Of a stretch of DNA of 64,000 bases, positions 1 to 9,953 are shown in pieces. The position numbers and the translations under genes were made by a program. The notes under the pieces were generated by a model. That model worked only from the letters and a program-made list of their open reading frames with translations. It was not told the DNA's origin and ran no database searches. This DNA comes from an uncultured Bacilli bacterium (GTDB lineage Bacteria; Bacillota_I; Bacilli_A; RF39; UBA660), in the NCBI GenBank assembly GCA_947632115.1, contig CANROB010000007.1, positions 67-64,066 of the forward strand. Reading direction: 5' to 3'. Numbering within the stretch: position 1 is the stretch's first letter; each line of letters begins with the position of its first letter.

Positions 1-1046
1 ATCATATTAGTCAATAATAAATTGCTTTCTTGCTCAAAGAAACGGTGTATTTTTTGAATATCTTTTTCACGATATAATCTTCCTAGCTCTACTTGGGCAT
101 CAATATCAGAAAGGCCACTACCAAAGGCGTTAAAGACCTCCGGTAAAGAAAGAATCATTTCTTCCATATTTTTCTTTTGTTCTAGTAGTTTTACTACTTT
201 CTCATAAAGAGTATAGTGGAAAGTAGACATATTTTCTTTCGAATTAAAATTAGCAATAAAGTCTTCATAATATTGCTTTCGCTTTTTTTCAAGATCACTT
301 GTATCATTATTTTGTTTTAAGGCCTCGATTAAAAAACGGTATTCTTTTACGTTTGACATCGTAGATATTTTCTTTTGAAGACTAGTCTCCTCTAAAAGAC
401 TGCTTGGAATTTTTACTCCCTTTTTAGCCATAGAATAGATTGTTGAAAAAGGAACTTGGGATAAAGAGATTCGTAAATCTTGCTTAAGAATTGCCTCTAT
501 CGCTTCTTTAGATCCTACCTGGAGCATATCTTCCGCCATAGAAAAAGGAATTTCTATTTGTTCTATTAAAGCTCCCATCGTCTTACCAGATAAAGATTGA
601 ATGATTTTTTTGATATCCGAATCTTTTAATTCCTTTTTTCTAGCATACTCTATAAGTGATTTTGCTCCTTCTAAAGAAAGGGAAGAAAAATAATGCGCCA
701 ATTCCTCCCTATTGGCTAAAACGATTTCACAAAAACTAGGCTTTTTTAATAAGTCATTCACATATTCTTTTCCGCAAGTTAAGATTGCATTTAGTTTATC
801 TATTAAATCAGAAGAACTATTTAAAATAGCAATTCCTTCTTCATCCAAAAGAAGAAGAAGCGTCCTATCTTCCTCCTCTTGCGTAAACCAAATAAAATCA
901 TACTTAGAAGGACTATCAATTAGTTTCTGTTTTATCCTAGTATCTTTTAAGAGTTTTTCATAACCAGTATCCTGATTCTGTTTTAAGAAGCGAATACTTC
1001 TTTTTAAATCCCCATAATCTAAGTTTAAGTAACCCTCTACATTCAT
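1..1046 (-). CDS. hypothetical protein, N-terminal part (ORF continues past the left edge)
   Basis: Minus-strand frame is open from ATG at 1046 (GGTGG 4 nt upstream) to position 1. It is absent from the ORF track because there is no stop in the window. Starts MNVEGYLNLDYGDLKRSIRF; no motif recognised. Confidence 0.55.
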   Translation of the reverse strand, partial: MNVEGYLNLDYGDLKRSIRFLKQNQDTGYEKLLKDTRIKQKLIDSPSKYDFIWFTQEEEDRTLLLLLDEEGIAILNSSSDLIDKLNAILTCGKEYVNDLLKKPSFCEIVLANREELAHYFSSLSLEGAKSLIEYARKKELKDSDIKKIIQSLSGKTMGALIEQIEIPFSMAEDMLQVGSKEAIEAILKQDLRISLSQVPFSTIYSMAKKGVKIPSSLLEETSLQKKISTMSNVKEYRFLIEALKQNNDTSDLEKKRKQYYEDFIANFNSKENMSTFHYTLYEKVVKLLEQKKNMEEMILSLPEVFNAFGSGLSDIDAQVELGRLYREKDIQKIHRFFEQESNLLLTNM

Positions 1047-1074
1047 CGTACCACCTAATGCTATTTTTACTATT

Positions 1075-1683
1075 TTAAGGTCTTTCTTTCAAATTTTGTC
1101 GCATTAAGGATTCCACTTCTTGATAAAGTTTTTGATTGGCTTCTTCTAAGGACATATCTCCTACTTTAAAAGGAACCCCATAGCGAATGGTCAAATTTTT
1201 ACTACGAAAGCGATAATCTCCAGTAATTCCAAAAGGAACTAGTAACGCGTCTGTTTTTGAAGCCATTGATACTGCTCCAAACTTAAATGGTAAAAGAAAA
1301 GCATCGGTTTTGTTTCTTGTTCCTTCTGGAAAAAGACCAACCGCCCCTTTATCTTTTAAAACCTCAAGCGCTAAATGGGTAGCCTCTTCATCTTTCCTAG
1401 AACGGTCAACAGAAATACATCCTGTTCCTTTAAAAAACCAAGCTACTTTCTTATTATCAAAATATTCTTTCTTTGCCATGTAGTGTATTCCTCTTTTGGT
1501 TGCCACAATCGTAATACACTGATCATAAAGATGTTTATGATTTCCAACAATTAAAATAGGCCCCTCTTTAGGAATATTTTCCTTACCAATAATTTTAGGA
1601 CAGTAGTAAAAACGGAAAATAGGGCCTAATAGGAATCTCCCTACTTTATAAAGGGCAGGAACTTTTCTATTCATCGTCATCAT
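1075..1683 (-). CDS. 1-acyl-sn-glycerol-3-phosphate (lysophospholipid) acyltransferase, PlsC family
   Basis: HX4D acyltransferase motif (GNHKHLYD) and FPEGTRN motif. The start overlaps the stop of the upstream AMP-ligase gene. The exact ATG (1674-1683) is uncertain. Confidence 0.85.
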   Translation of the reverse strand: MMTMNRKVPALYKVGRFLLGPIFRFYYCPKIIGKENIPKEGPILIVGNHKHLYDQCITIVATKRGIHYMAKKEYFDNKKVAWFFKGTGCISVDRSRKDEEATHLALEVLKDKGAVGLFPEGTRNKTDAFLLPFKFGAVSMASKTDALLVPFGITGDYRFRSKNLTIRYGVPFKVGDMSLEEANQKLYQEVESLMRQNLKERP

Positions 1684-3400
1684 CTTCTCCAATATCACTT
1701 TTTAATTTTTCAAAGTCGACTTTTCCTAACTTCGTCTTTGGCAATTGTTTACGAAAAACAAATTGGTAAGGAATCATGTATTTTGCTAGATGCTTTTTAC
1801 AGTAGTTACGGATATCTGCTTTTACAAAAAGGCCATGGTATCCCTCTTTTAAAACGATAAAAGCTTTTCCTACTTCCTGTTTATAAGGATGAGGAATACC
1901 AATTACAGTACACTGTAAAACAGCGGGATGAGACTCAATTACTTCTTCTACATGGTTCGGATAAACATTATAACCACTGGTAATAATCATTCTCTTTTGT
2001 CTTCCCTTATAGAAAATAAAGCCATCTTCATCCATGTATCCTAAATCTCCAGTATGAAGCCAAACATGACCATCTTTATGAATCTGTAGGGCAGAATTGG
2101 TTTCGTTTTCGTTATTGAGATATCCCATCATAAGGGCTTTAGAATTAATAACAATTTCTCCTACCTCACCATAAGGCATTGTTTTTTGAGTAGCAGGATC
2201 AATGATTTTAATATAGTTTCCGGCAAGGGGAATACCAACAGAACCACTTTTATTAATATCATCACAAGCAAGAGTAACAGCCGCTAAAGCCTCGGATAGT
2301 CCATATCCTTGCGTAACGACAGCAGTACAATTATGTTCTACAAAATATTTATTAATTTCATCCTCTAAAGATTTTGGTAAAATATCTCCCCCACTAACTA
2401 CATATTTTAAGAAAGATAAATCTAAATTTTTCTCATTATGACAATGGATTAAAGCTTCATATAATGTTGGTACTCCAAGCACACAAGTAGGTCTTGTCTT
2501 TTTAAATAAGGTATCAAATTTTCTAGCATCAAATTGTGGAACTAAAATGGTATAACATCCTAAAGATAATGGGGTATGCATTAAAACACTAAGTCCAAAG
2601 CCATGAAAATTTGGCATAATTGCGAGGCAACAATCCCCGGCATGAAGTCGTTTCATCTGAATTTGTTCTTGTCTAGCTTCTAGAATAAAAGACCGGTTTT
2701 GAATCACCACGTTCTTAGGAGTTCCTGAGGTTCCACCACTATGTAAAATAACAGCAGGAGTATTTTTTCCAAATTTCTTTTCGGGAACTTCTACCTTCTT
2801 TCCTAATCGATAGAATTTTTTCATACTGATAAAATTCTTTGTATGGGGATATTTCTTATATTTTCCGTGTTCTTTTATCTTATAGCCAATTCTTAAGAAG
2901 ATATTTAAAGAATTAGCAGGAGATACAAAAATGACTTTCTTTACAGGCGTTTCCCCAATCGTATTTTCAATCTTATCGTAAAACATATCTACCATTACTA
3001 AATATTTACTATTCGTAGAAATAAGACTTTCTTTAATCTCTTCTTCTGCTGATAGAGGGTGAAGCATGTTTGCAATAGCTCCTAATTTATTTAGCGCATA
3101 AAAACAAATTAAAGCCTCTGGCATATTCGGCATACAAATCGTCACAATATCGCCCTTTTTTACTTTAAGAGCATAAAAGGAAGCCGCTGCCTTATCAATT
3201 AGTTTTACTAACTTTCGATAAGTAATTACTTTTCCCATATAGACAATAGCTTTATAATTTGGATATTTTTGATAACTTTGAAGAACCTGATCATAAAGAC
3301 TAACATTGGGTATTTTAATGTTTCTTTCTTCTTCTTTATAATATTTCTCCCAAGGAGCAGGAATCGGTTTTTTCTTTCTAAAAACAGTAAAAATAGACAT
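1667..3400 (-). CDS. AMP-dependent acyl-CoA/acyl-ACP synthetase (long-chain fatty acid ligase family)
   Basis: Adenylate-forming signature HSGGTSGTPKNV, plus GYGLSE and TGDLGYMDEDGFIFYKGRQKR motifs. Its RBS GGAGGG lies in the last codons of the upstream gene. Confidence 0.9.
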   Translation of the reverse strand: MSIFTVFRKKKPIPAPWEKYYKEEERNIKIPNVSLYDQVLQSYQKYPNYKAIVYMGKVITYRKLVKLIDKAAASFYALKVKKGDIVTICMPNMPEALICFYALNKLGAIANMLHPLSAEEEIKESLISTNSKYLVMVDMFYDKIENTIGETPVKKVIFVSPANSLNIFLRIGYKIKEHGKYKKYPHTKNFISMKKFYRLGKKVEVPEKKFGKNTPAVILHSGGTSGTPKNVVIQNRSFILEARQEQIQMKRLHAGDCCLAIMPNFHGFGLSVLMHTPLSLGCYTILVPQFDARKFDTLFKKTRPTCVLGVPTLYEALIHCHNEKNLDLSFLKYVVSGGDILPKSLEDEINKYFVEHNCTAVVTQGYGLSEALAAVTLACDDINKSGSVGIPLAGNYIKIIDPATQKTMPYGEVGEIVINSKALMMGYLNNENETNSALQIHKDGHVWLHTGDLGYMDEDGFIFYKGRQKRMIITSGYNVYPNHVEEVIESHPAVLQCTVIGIPHPYKQEVGKAFIVLKEGYHGLFVKADIRNYCKKHLAKYMIPYQFVFRKQLPKTKLGKVDFEKLKSDIGEDDDDE

Positions 3401-3402
3401 GA

Positions 3403-3972
3403 TTATCCCTCCAATTTTTTACTAACGATTTCGCGTAATCGATTATTTTCTACTTCTAAGTCTTCCCCTATTTCTAGAGGGGTTAAAAATTCAATAGAAA
3501 GCCCTCTTTTAAATGGACGATATTCTCCTTTAATAATAAAAGGAACAATAGGACTTTTCGTATCCGAACTCATCTTCACAGCCCCAAACTTAAAAGGCAT
3601 GGTTATCTCATCCGTCCGATTGATGGTTCCCTCTGGAAAAATACCAATCACTTTTTCTTTTTCTAAATAAGCAATCGCTGATTGAAGAGCTCTTGGATCT
3701 TTTTTAGACCGATCAACAGGAATAATTCCCATAGCTTGAAAGATTCCTTTTTTCCATCCCTTCATAAGAGAATTTTTTGCAAGAAAATGAATGGGTCTTT
3801 TGGTAGCAGAAATAAGAAGAAGACAATCAAAATTGTTGGTGTGATTTCCTGCCAACACCACTCTTCCTTTAGATGGAATATTTTCTTTTCCAACCATGAC
3901 TGGTCGATAAACAATTCTTACAAAAAGAGAAATTAGAGGTCTTACTAAGCGATAAAAAAGAGGCTCTTTCAT
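3403..3972 (-). CDS. lysophospholipid acyltransferase, PlsC family (second copy)
   Basis: AGNHTNNFD (HX4D) and FPEGTINR motifs. Confidence 0.85.
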   Translation of the reverse strand: MKEPLFYRLVRPLISLFVRIVYRPVMVGKENIPSKGRVVLAGNHTNNFDCLLLISATKRPIHFLAKNSLMKGWKKGIFQAMGIIPVDRSKKDPRALQSAIAYLEKEKVIGIFPEGTINRTDEITMPFKFGAVKMSSDTKSPIVPFIIKGEYRPFKRGLSIEFLTPLEIGEDLEVENNRLREIVSKKLEG

Positions 3973-4037
3973 ATTCTCACTTCCAATACCATTTTATCAT
4001 GTTTCCGTACATAAAATCAAAAAAAGAAGAAGTTTTT

Positions 4038-4841
4038 TTAGGAATCCTTCTTCTTTATTTGATATTGTTTTTCTTTTTGAGGCATTTCTTCTAACGGTTT
4101 TTCTAGGTTTATCTCGTTGGTTAAGATATTTCTCATCTCTCGCAAAGTTTCTATTTTTTTCTCTCTTGGACTTAAAAGATGAATCATTTCTGGTTCTTCC
4201 CTTTTTTCCTTTTCTTCAGAAGAGATTAATTCGGAAATACCCTCTAAACGTTTTTTATGTGCGAAAGCCTTTTTATATTTTTCATCATAAGAATAAGCGG
4301 TAATGCCTTGTAAAGTAGCCGTTACTCCTAACATGGTATAAAAAAGAGACTCTAACGCTAAACCTTTCGATACCAAACTAAGTCCTAATAAGGGGAAAAG
4401 GAAAAAAGTTTTAATTTTTCCTATATAAAGAGATCTAGGATCTAGCCCCTTTAGTTTGGCTTTGACGTTAATTCCAGTAATCGCTAATTCTAATCCTAAA
4501 TTAATAAGCAAAAGAGGATTCATAAAACTAGCTCCTAAAAGTAAAGTACCTGCAAAAATTTTATCACAAAAAGCATCTAAATCTCGACCTAGGTCACTTG
4601 TGAAATGAAAAGTTCTAGCAATCGCCCCATCTAAAAAGTCAGTCACGGAAAATACTCCTACAAACGTAAGCACGAGAGGAACATTACCAGTAAAAGCAGC
4701 AGGTAAGATAAAACAAGGTGCGAGAAGTCGGAAAGAAGTTAGAATGTTAGGAATTTGTCTTTTCCTTCTTCCTTTTGTTTTTAAATCTTGTAAAGCTTCT
4801 TGAAACTCTTCATGATAACGGCTGAGTTGTTCTCGAATCAT
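4038..4841 (-). CDS. CDP-alcohol phosphatidyltransferase (PgsA-like) with an E/K-rich C-terminal tail
   Basis: DFLDGAIAR-x8-G-x3-D-x3-D motif and multiple TM segments. Start moved to MIREQ, which has GGAGG 8 nt upstream. Confidence 0.8.
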   Translation of the reverse strand: MIREQLSRYHEEFQEALQDLKTKGRRKRQIPNILTSFRLLAPCFILPAAFTGNVPLVLTFVGVFSVTDFLDGAIARTFHFTSDLGRDLDAFCDKIFAGTLLLGASFMNPLLLINLGLELAITGINVKAKLKGLDPRSLYIGKIKTFFLFPLLGLSLVSKGLALESLFYTMLGVTATLQGITAYSYDEKYKKAFAHKKRLEGISELISSEEKEKREEPEMIHLLSPREKKIETLREMRNILTNEINLEKPLEEMPQKEKQYQIKKKDS

Positions 4842-4898
4842 AGTGAATGCCTCCAAACAGTTTCCCTATTCTATCTCATAAGATGAGAATTGTCAATT

Positions 4899-5804
4899 CT
4901 ATAAGATATCAGAGAAATAGTTATGTGTTCCATCTCCACTATAATAGAAAACATTTCCTTCCACATTTCGAACACCTGCTAAGGCGTCATTCACAGCCTC
5001 TGTTACTTGCGCTAATTTCTCTTGTCCCTCATTGGTTTGATAAAACTTACCACCCTCAACGTAACCAAGATAACTTCTGCCCCAAGGAAAATAACCTTTT
5101 TCTAAAACGCCACGAACAGAAGTGCCATAACTACCACCTTGTTCTAGACGATTTAAAATGGTACTAGCAACCGCTAACATGTCATCTTTGTCATTGGCTG
5201 ATTCGCCTGCTACTTGAGCAATCATAAGGCGATAGTCACTTTCTGAAATGGTTCCTGGTTGCATGGCATATTGATTATCAGGAACAATTTGATAAGTTTG
5301 ATTATTCGTCGTAAGTAAACCGGCCGTATTTTTCATAGAACCACTAGCTTGTGATTTGGTGTGAAGTACTCCTTTATATCCATGTACTGTTTTTGTTGGC
5401 TCTATCATCTCGGCATTATAAAATGTTTCTGTATTTTCTTGCAAAACAGGTTCTGATGAAACAGGTTCTACTTCTTGCTCCAAAGCCTCCTCTTCAACGT
5501 TATTTTGTGGGATAACTAATTCCTGACCTGGAAAAATTTTGTTTTGATCTAAACCAATTGTCTCTTTATTCGCATTATAAAGATCATCTACTTTAACCCC
5601 ATATTTTTGAGCAATGGAAGATAAACTTTCCCCATTTTGAATCACATGTCTTACTTCTTTTACTTCTACCTCATAATCTTCAAATGTCTCAATATCCTCT
5701 TGCACGCCCATAGGACCGCTATGGTCTATCGTATATTTCCCTTGAGATATTTGATTTCCTAAACTGGTAGATGAATAATTATCAACTTGACTTGGTAATT
5801 GCAT
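4899..5804 (-). CDS. LysM-domain cell wall hydrolase (SleB/CwlJ-type hydrolase_2 domain)
   Basis: LysM repeat (HVIQNGESLSSIAQKYGVKVDDLYNANK...GQELVIP). The C-terminal segment AQVAGESANDKDDMLAVASTILNR is typical of SleB-like hydrolases. Confidence 0.75.
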   Translation of the reverse strand: MQLPSQVDNYSSTSLGNQISQGKYTIDHSGPMGVQEDIETFEDYEVEVKEVRHVIQNGESLSSIAQKYGVKVDDLYNANKETIGLDQNKIFPGQELVIPQNNVEEEALEQEVEPVSSEPVLQENTETFYNAEMIEPTKTVHGYKGVLHTKSQASGSMKNTAGLLTTNNQTYQIVPDNQYAMQPGTISESDYRLMIAQVAGESANDKDDMLAVASTILNRLEQGGSYGTSVRGVLEKGYFPWGRSYLGYVEGGKFYQTNEGQEKLAQVTEAVNDALAGVRNVEGNVFYYSGDGTHNYFSDIL

Positions 5805-5808
5805 AGAA

Positions 5809-7989
5809 TCACTCTTCCTTCTTCTGTTCTATTTCATACTTATTCTCTAGTTCTAGTGTTACATCCATTCCTTCCTGGATAACAGTACCTGCTTTAATAC
5901 TTTGTTTTGTAACATAACCATATCCGGTCATGGAATATGGCAAATTCAAAAGTTTTAGATATAATACGGCATCATTTTTTGCCCAACCCTTCATGTTTTC
6001 TAACTGGTATGTGGATCCATTGGTAATTAAAAAGACTTTATCTCCTGTTACGACCGTACTTCCTTTGATAGGATAGTGATCTACTACCGTATCGCCATCT
6101 CCAATCACGATAACATCTAAACCGGCTTGAGTAAGTTCTTTTTCTACCTTTTCCGTATTGTTATTTTTATAAGAAGGAAGAACCCTTTTTTGAACATTGG
6201 TAGTTGCCTCTACCGTACTATAAATATTTCGATATTTGGCTATGTTTTGAATAACGGATTTGACAGCTGGCGCAAGGGTAGAAGCATACCAAATGGATGG
6301 TTTTTTCATAGCGGCATAAATAATAATTTCAGGATCATCTTTTGGAAACATTCCTGAAAAAGAAATGAGGTAATTTCCATCTCCTTCTAGATAGTGCCCA
6401 TTTTCAAATATTTGTGCAGTACCTGTTTTACCAATGACATCAAAGCCCTCTACCGCATAGGTATGTCCTGGCGCCCAAGAATTGTTGATAGCTCCATACA
6501 TCAATTCTTTCATCTTGGCAACCGCTTCTTTTTTAACAATTTGTCCTGTTTTTTCTACTTTTGTTTCTGTAACCTCACCTGTATTGGTATTCACAATCTT
6601 TTTAATGACATGAGGTTTTACCATCACGCCATCATTGGCAATAATCGTTAGGGCTTGAAGTTGTTGTAATGCTGTTGTAGATAGCCCCTGACCAAAACTA
6701 ACAGTTAGCCAATCGATTTCTACTTTCCCATTAAAATTAATAGCTCCTGGTAACTCACCAGATAATTCAATTCCTGTTTTAGAACCAAAACCATAACTTC
6801 TTAAACATTCTCGTAATTCATTTGGACTTAAATATTCCTTTGCCATATGCATGGTTCCAACATTACTAGAAAGTTGATAGCCTTTATCATAAGTAATTCT
6901 TCCCCATCCTCTTGGATTCCAGTCGTGAACCGTATCCGGACCAATCGTATATTTCCCTGATTGATAGGTTTGATTTCCATCATATTTTCCCGAATCAATC
7001 GCACAAAGATACGCATAAGTCTTCATAACGGAACCCGGTTCATAACCATAAGAGATTAACGGATTTTTATAGTTTAAATCACTAGGAACACTATTTGGAT
7101 CAAAATTTGGACTTGTCGCACTTCCTAAAAGTTCCCCTGTTTTGGCATCCAAAGCAGCAATAATCATCCATTCTGGTTTATATTTAGCGGTTGTCTCAGA
7201 AACAGCTGTCTCTAAAAATCTTTGAATATTAGCATCAATTGTAAGATAAATATCATTTCCATTAATGGCTTCCACTTTCGTCTCAGGGGTATCAGGAATT
7301 TGATAACCAGATAAATCTCTTTGATAGGTAATACTACCATTGGTTCCTTTTAGAATATCATTATAACCACTTTCAACTCCTAAGATTCCTTCAATTTCTT
7401 CTTTCTTTTGTCCATCTTCCTCTATTTCTTTCGTATTAGCAAATCCAACGATATAAGAAGCAAAAGTTCCATTTGGATAAAAACGCTTCATCGTTTCTAT
7501 AAAATCAATGCCAGGAAGTTCTAGGGCCTCAATTTCTAGTTTTTTTAATTCTGTTAATTTAGAACCATAGGTTCCAAACTCTACTTGATAAACGCCCTCT
7601 TTTTGAAGACGTGAAAGAATATAATCATAAGGAGCATTTAAAACTTCTGATAAAGCTTCGGCTGTTTTTTCCTTATCTACTACATGCTTTGGATTTTCTA
7701 AATCAGTTGTTCTTGAAGAATCTAGGTAAGCTACCAAAGTATAAGAAGCAACATTAAGGGCTAAAACATCTCCCTCACTATCATAAATCGTTCCTCTTTT
7801 CGCAACCAATTCTTTTTTTACCGTAATACGATTTTTTGCGAATTCTTTTAAATCTCTCCCATATACTTTACTAGATAAGGAAAGATAGGCAAATTGTCCT
7901 AATAAAACACAAAGAAAAAAGAGAAAAACCAAAAGAATATATTTTGGCTCACGCCAACTTTTCACAATGGCATTTGTTTCTCTTTTCAT
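5809..7989 (-). CDS. class B penicillin-binding protein (FtsI/PBP2B/SpoVD type) with two C-terminal PASTA domains
   Basis: N-terminal TM anchor; SxxK (SVMK), SSN and KTGT motifs; sits after ftsL in the dcw gene order. Confidence 0.9.
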   Translation of the reverse strand: MKRETNAIVKSWREPKYILLVFLFFLCVLLGQFAYLSLSSKVYGRDLKEFAKNRITVKKELVAKRGTIYDSEGDVLALNVASYTLVAYLDSSRTTDLENPKHVVDKEKTAEALSEVLNAPYDYILSRLQKEGVYQVEFGTYGSKLTELKKLEIEALELPGIDFIETMKRFYPNGTFASYIVGFANTKEIEEDGQKKEEIEGILGVESGYNDILKGTNGSITYQRDLSGYQIPDTPETKVEAINGNDIYLTIDANIQRFLETAVSETTAKYKPEWMIIAALDAKTGELLGSATSPNFDPNSVPSDLNYKNPLISYGYEPGSVMKTYAYLCAIDSGKYDGNQTYQSGKYTIGPDTVHDWNPRGWGRITYDKGYQLSSNVGTMHMAKEYLSPNELRECLRSYGFGSKTGIELSGELPGAINFNGKVEIDWLTVSFGQGLSTTALQQLQALTIIANDGVMVKPHVIKKIVNTNTGEVTETKVEKTGQIVKKEAVAKMKELMYGAINNSWAPGHTYAVEGFDVIGKTGTAQIFENGHYLEGDGNYLISFSGMFPKDDPEIIIYAAMKKPSIWYASTLAPAVKSVIQNIAKYRNIYSTVEATTNVQKRVLPSYKNNNTEKVEKELTQAGLDVIVIGDGDTVVDHYPIKGSTVVTGDKVFLITNGSTYQLENMKGWAKNDAVLYLKLLNLPYSMTGYGYVTKQSIKAGTVIQEGMDVTLELENKYEIEQKKEE

Positions 7990-8017
7990 ATCATCACCAT
8001 ATTTATTATAACATATT

Positions 8018-8311
8018 TTACTTATTTATCACAACGATGTTTTCATTGTTATAAGCAAGACCTAAATCTTTGATGACCCCACTTACATTTTCGTAGGAAG
8101 TAAGTTCATTTACCTGCATGGTTAACGACTCATTTTTCTTTTCTTGATTTTCAATTTCATAGTTAATCTCTTCAATACGCATCTTAATATTACTGATTTG
8201 TGCGCCATAGAAAATCTTCGTCGCAAAAAGAGCGATAAACGCTAAAACACCCAATGTATAAACAAATTTTTCTTTTTTAGTAAACTTTGGTTTTCTTTGC
8301 TTACGAGTCAT
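8018..8311 (-). CDS. ftsL: cell division protein FtsL
   Basis: 97 aa with a basic N-terminus, one TM segment and a coiled coil. Located between rsmH and the PBP gene. Confidence 0.8.
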   Translation of the reverse strand: MTRKQRKPKFTKKEKFVYTLGVLAFIALFATKIFYGAQISNIKMRIEEINYEIENQEKKNESLTMQVNELTSYENVSGVIKDLGLAYNNENIVVINK

Positions 8312-8315
8312 ATTC

Positions 8316-9224
8316 TCAACCTATTCTTTCTATGATTCTTAATTTGGCACTTCTTGATCGTGGATTTTCTTCTAGTTCTTCCCTAGAAGGCGTAATTGTT
8401 TTAACTAACTTATATTTTGGGAGGTATTCTAGAGGGATAACAGGTAAAGATTTTAATTCTTCTTTCACCTCTGTTACCCCTCTAAAGATGTCTTTGCAAA
8501 TTTTATCCTCTAGAGAATGAAATGTAATCACACAAATTCTTCCTCCAGGGCGTAAGAGTTCTAAGGCTTGTCTTAAACTATCTTCAAACACTTCTAACTC
8601 ATTATTTACTTCGATACGAATGGCCTGAAAAACTTTTCTAGCTGGATGTTTTTCCCGCCGATATTTTTCCGGAACACTTCGTTTAATCGTTTCTACTAAT
8701 TCTAGCGTGGTATGGATGGGTCTTTCTTTAATAATTCCCCTGGCAATACTAGAGGCATACTTTTCTTCTCCATACCGTCTAAAAATATCTACTAACGTAT
8801 CATAATCATAGTGATTGACTACTTCCTCTGCTGTTAGAAATTGGTCTTGATCCATTCGCATATCTAACTTAGCGTCTTGGTGGAAACTAAATCCACGCTC
8901 TTTTTCATCTAACTGAGGACTAGAAACTCCTAAATCATAAAGAATGCCATCTACTTGCGTTATTTCTCTTCTCGCTAATTCTTCTTTTAAATGGCAAAAA
9001 TTGGTAGGAATAATTTCATAGTTAGAGGCAATCTTAGAAAGTCTCTCATCACTACTTAGAATTGCTTCCTTATCCTGATCAAAGGCAAAAAGGAAGCCCC
9101 TTTTTATTCTTTTTAACACTTCGCTACTATGCCCTGCGTAACCTAATGTACAATCAACGATAACGCTATCCTCTTTCAAATTGAGATATTCTATACATTC
9201 CTCTAGTAAAACACTCTTATGCAT
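8316..9224 (-). CDS. rsmH: 16S rRNA (cytosine1402-N4)-methyltransferase RsmH
   Basis: MHKSVLLEE...DCTLGYAGHS...DLGVSSPQLD motifs; located downstream of mraZ. Confidence 0.95.
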   Translation of the reverse strand: MHKSVLLEECIEYLNLKEDSVIVDCTLGYAGHSSEVLKRIKRGFLFAFDQDKEAILSSDERLSKIASNYEIIPTNFCHLKEELARREITQVDGILYDLGVSSPQLDEKERGFSFHQDAKLDMRMDQDQFLTAEEVVNHYDYDTLVDIFRRYGEEKYASSIARGIIKERPIHTTLELVETIKRSVPEKYRREKHPARKVFQAIRIEVNNELEVFEDSLRQALELLRPGGRICVITFHSLEDKICKDIFRGVTEVKEELKSLPVIPLEYLPKYKLVKTITPSREELEENPRSRSAKLRIIERIG

Positions 9225-9232
9225 AAAACCTC

Positions 9233-9667
9233 CTAAATATTGAAATTGGTAGCAAATAGGTTATCCGCAATTTCTGATAAATTGGCTTCATTATTCGAAA
9301 TGAAACTGTCCCAGCGTTCTTTACTCCAAACTTCGAGTCTCTCATCTACCCCGATAATAATGCAATCTTTCTCAAGACTAGCATACTCTACAAGTGGCAT
9401 TGGGATATTGACTCTACCCTGTTTATCTAGCTCACATATAGTAGCACCCGATAAAAATATTCTCATGAAGTAACGGCGGTCTTTCGTGTCAGGCAATTGC
9501 TTATACTTTTGAATAATCAAATCCCACTCAGTCTTTGGGTAGACAAATAGACAACCCTCTAACCCACGGGTAACAATAAACTCATCACCCAAATCTTCTC
9601 TTACTCTAGAAGGGATGATAAGCCGACCTTTACTATCTATGGCATGATGATATTCACCCATAAACAT
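9233..9667 (-). CDS. mraZ: transcriptional regulator MraZ
   Basis: MFMGEYHHAIDSKGRLIIPSRVRE and a second SpoVT/AbrB-like repeat (DKQGRVNIP). Start set at the ATG with GGGGTGA upstream. Confidence 0.95.
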   Translation of the reverse strand: MFMGEYHHAIDSKGRLIIPSRVREDLGDEFIVTRGLEGCLFVYPKTEWDLIIQKYKQLPDTKDRRYFMRIFLSGATICELDKQGRVNIPMPLVEYASLEKDCIIIGVDERLEVWSKERWDSFISNNEANLSEIADNLFATNFNI

Positions 9668-9677
9668 AAAAATCACC

Positions 9678-9742
9678 CCACTTTTAACCACTTTTATCCA
9701 CTGTGTACCACCATTATACCCTAATTCTTTTCCTTTTGTAAA
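9678..9742 (-). promoter_or_regulatory. mraZ promoter with four phased GTGG (MraZ-box) direct repeats
   Basis: Minus strand reads TTTACA-18-TATAAT (9737-9742 and 9713-9718). It is followed by GTGG at exactly 10-bp spacing; the plus-strand CCAC copies start at 9678, 9688, 9698 and 9708. Confidence 0.7.
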
Positions 9743-9808
9743 CCCCTTTTCCTAAATTTTAATGGATTTCGTCAAATAAAAATGTCAAAAAAAAGAGGAT
9801 ACCCTCTT

Positions 9809-9943
9809 TTAAATAAGATATGACCCGATGATGATAGCAAGTAAAATATAGAGAACGATAATAATGACAAACGTATTACCGCTTCCATGACACTCCTTCG
9901 TCTGGGTCACTTCCTTGTTGTTGCATGAATCTCCACAAGCCAT
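9809..9943 (-). CDS. tiny Cys-rich membrane peptide (44 aa), YjcZ-like
   Basis: GGAGG RBS 5 nt upstream. Sequence is MACGDSCNNKEVTQTKECHGSGNTFVIIIVLYILLAIIIGSYLI. Too short for the ORF track. Confidence 0.55.
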   Translation of the reverse strand: MACGDSCNNKEVTQTKECHGSGNTFVIIIVLYILLAIIIGSYLI

Positions 9944-9953
9944 AAAAACCTCC

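Noticed and set aside
712-963. 83-aa plus-strand ORF
   Set aside because: It lies antisense inside a longer uninterrupted minus-strand ORF (1-1046). It has low-complexity S/F/I-rich translation and no RBS.
3269-3936. Plus-strand ORFs 3269-3670 and 3682-3936
   Set aside because: These are antisense shadows of the AMP-ligase and PlsC genes, both of which carry clear catalytic motifs.
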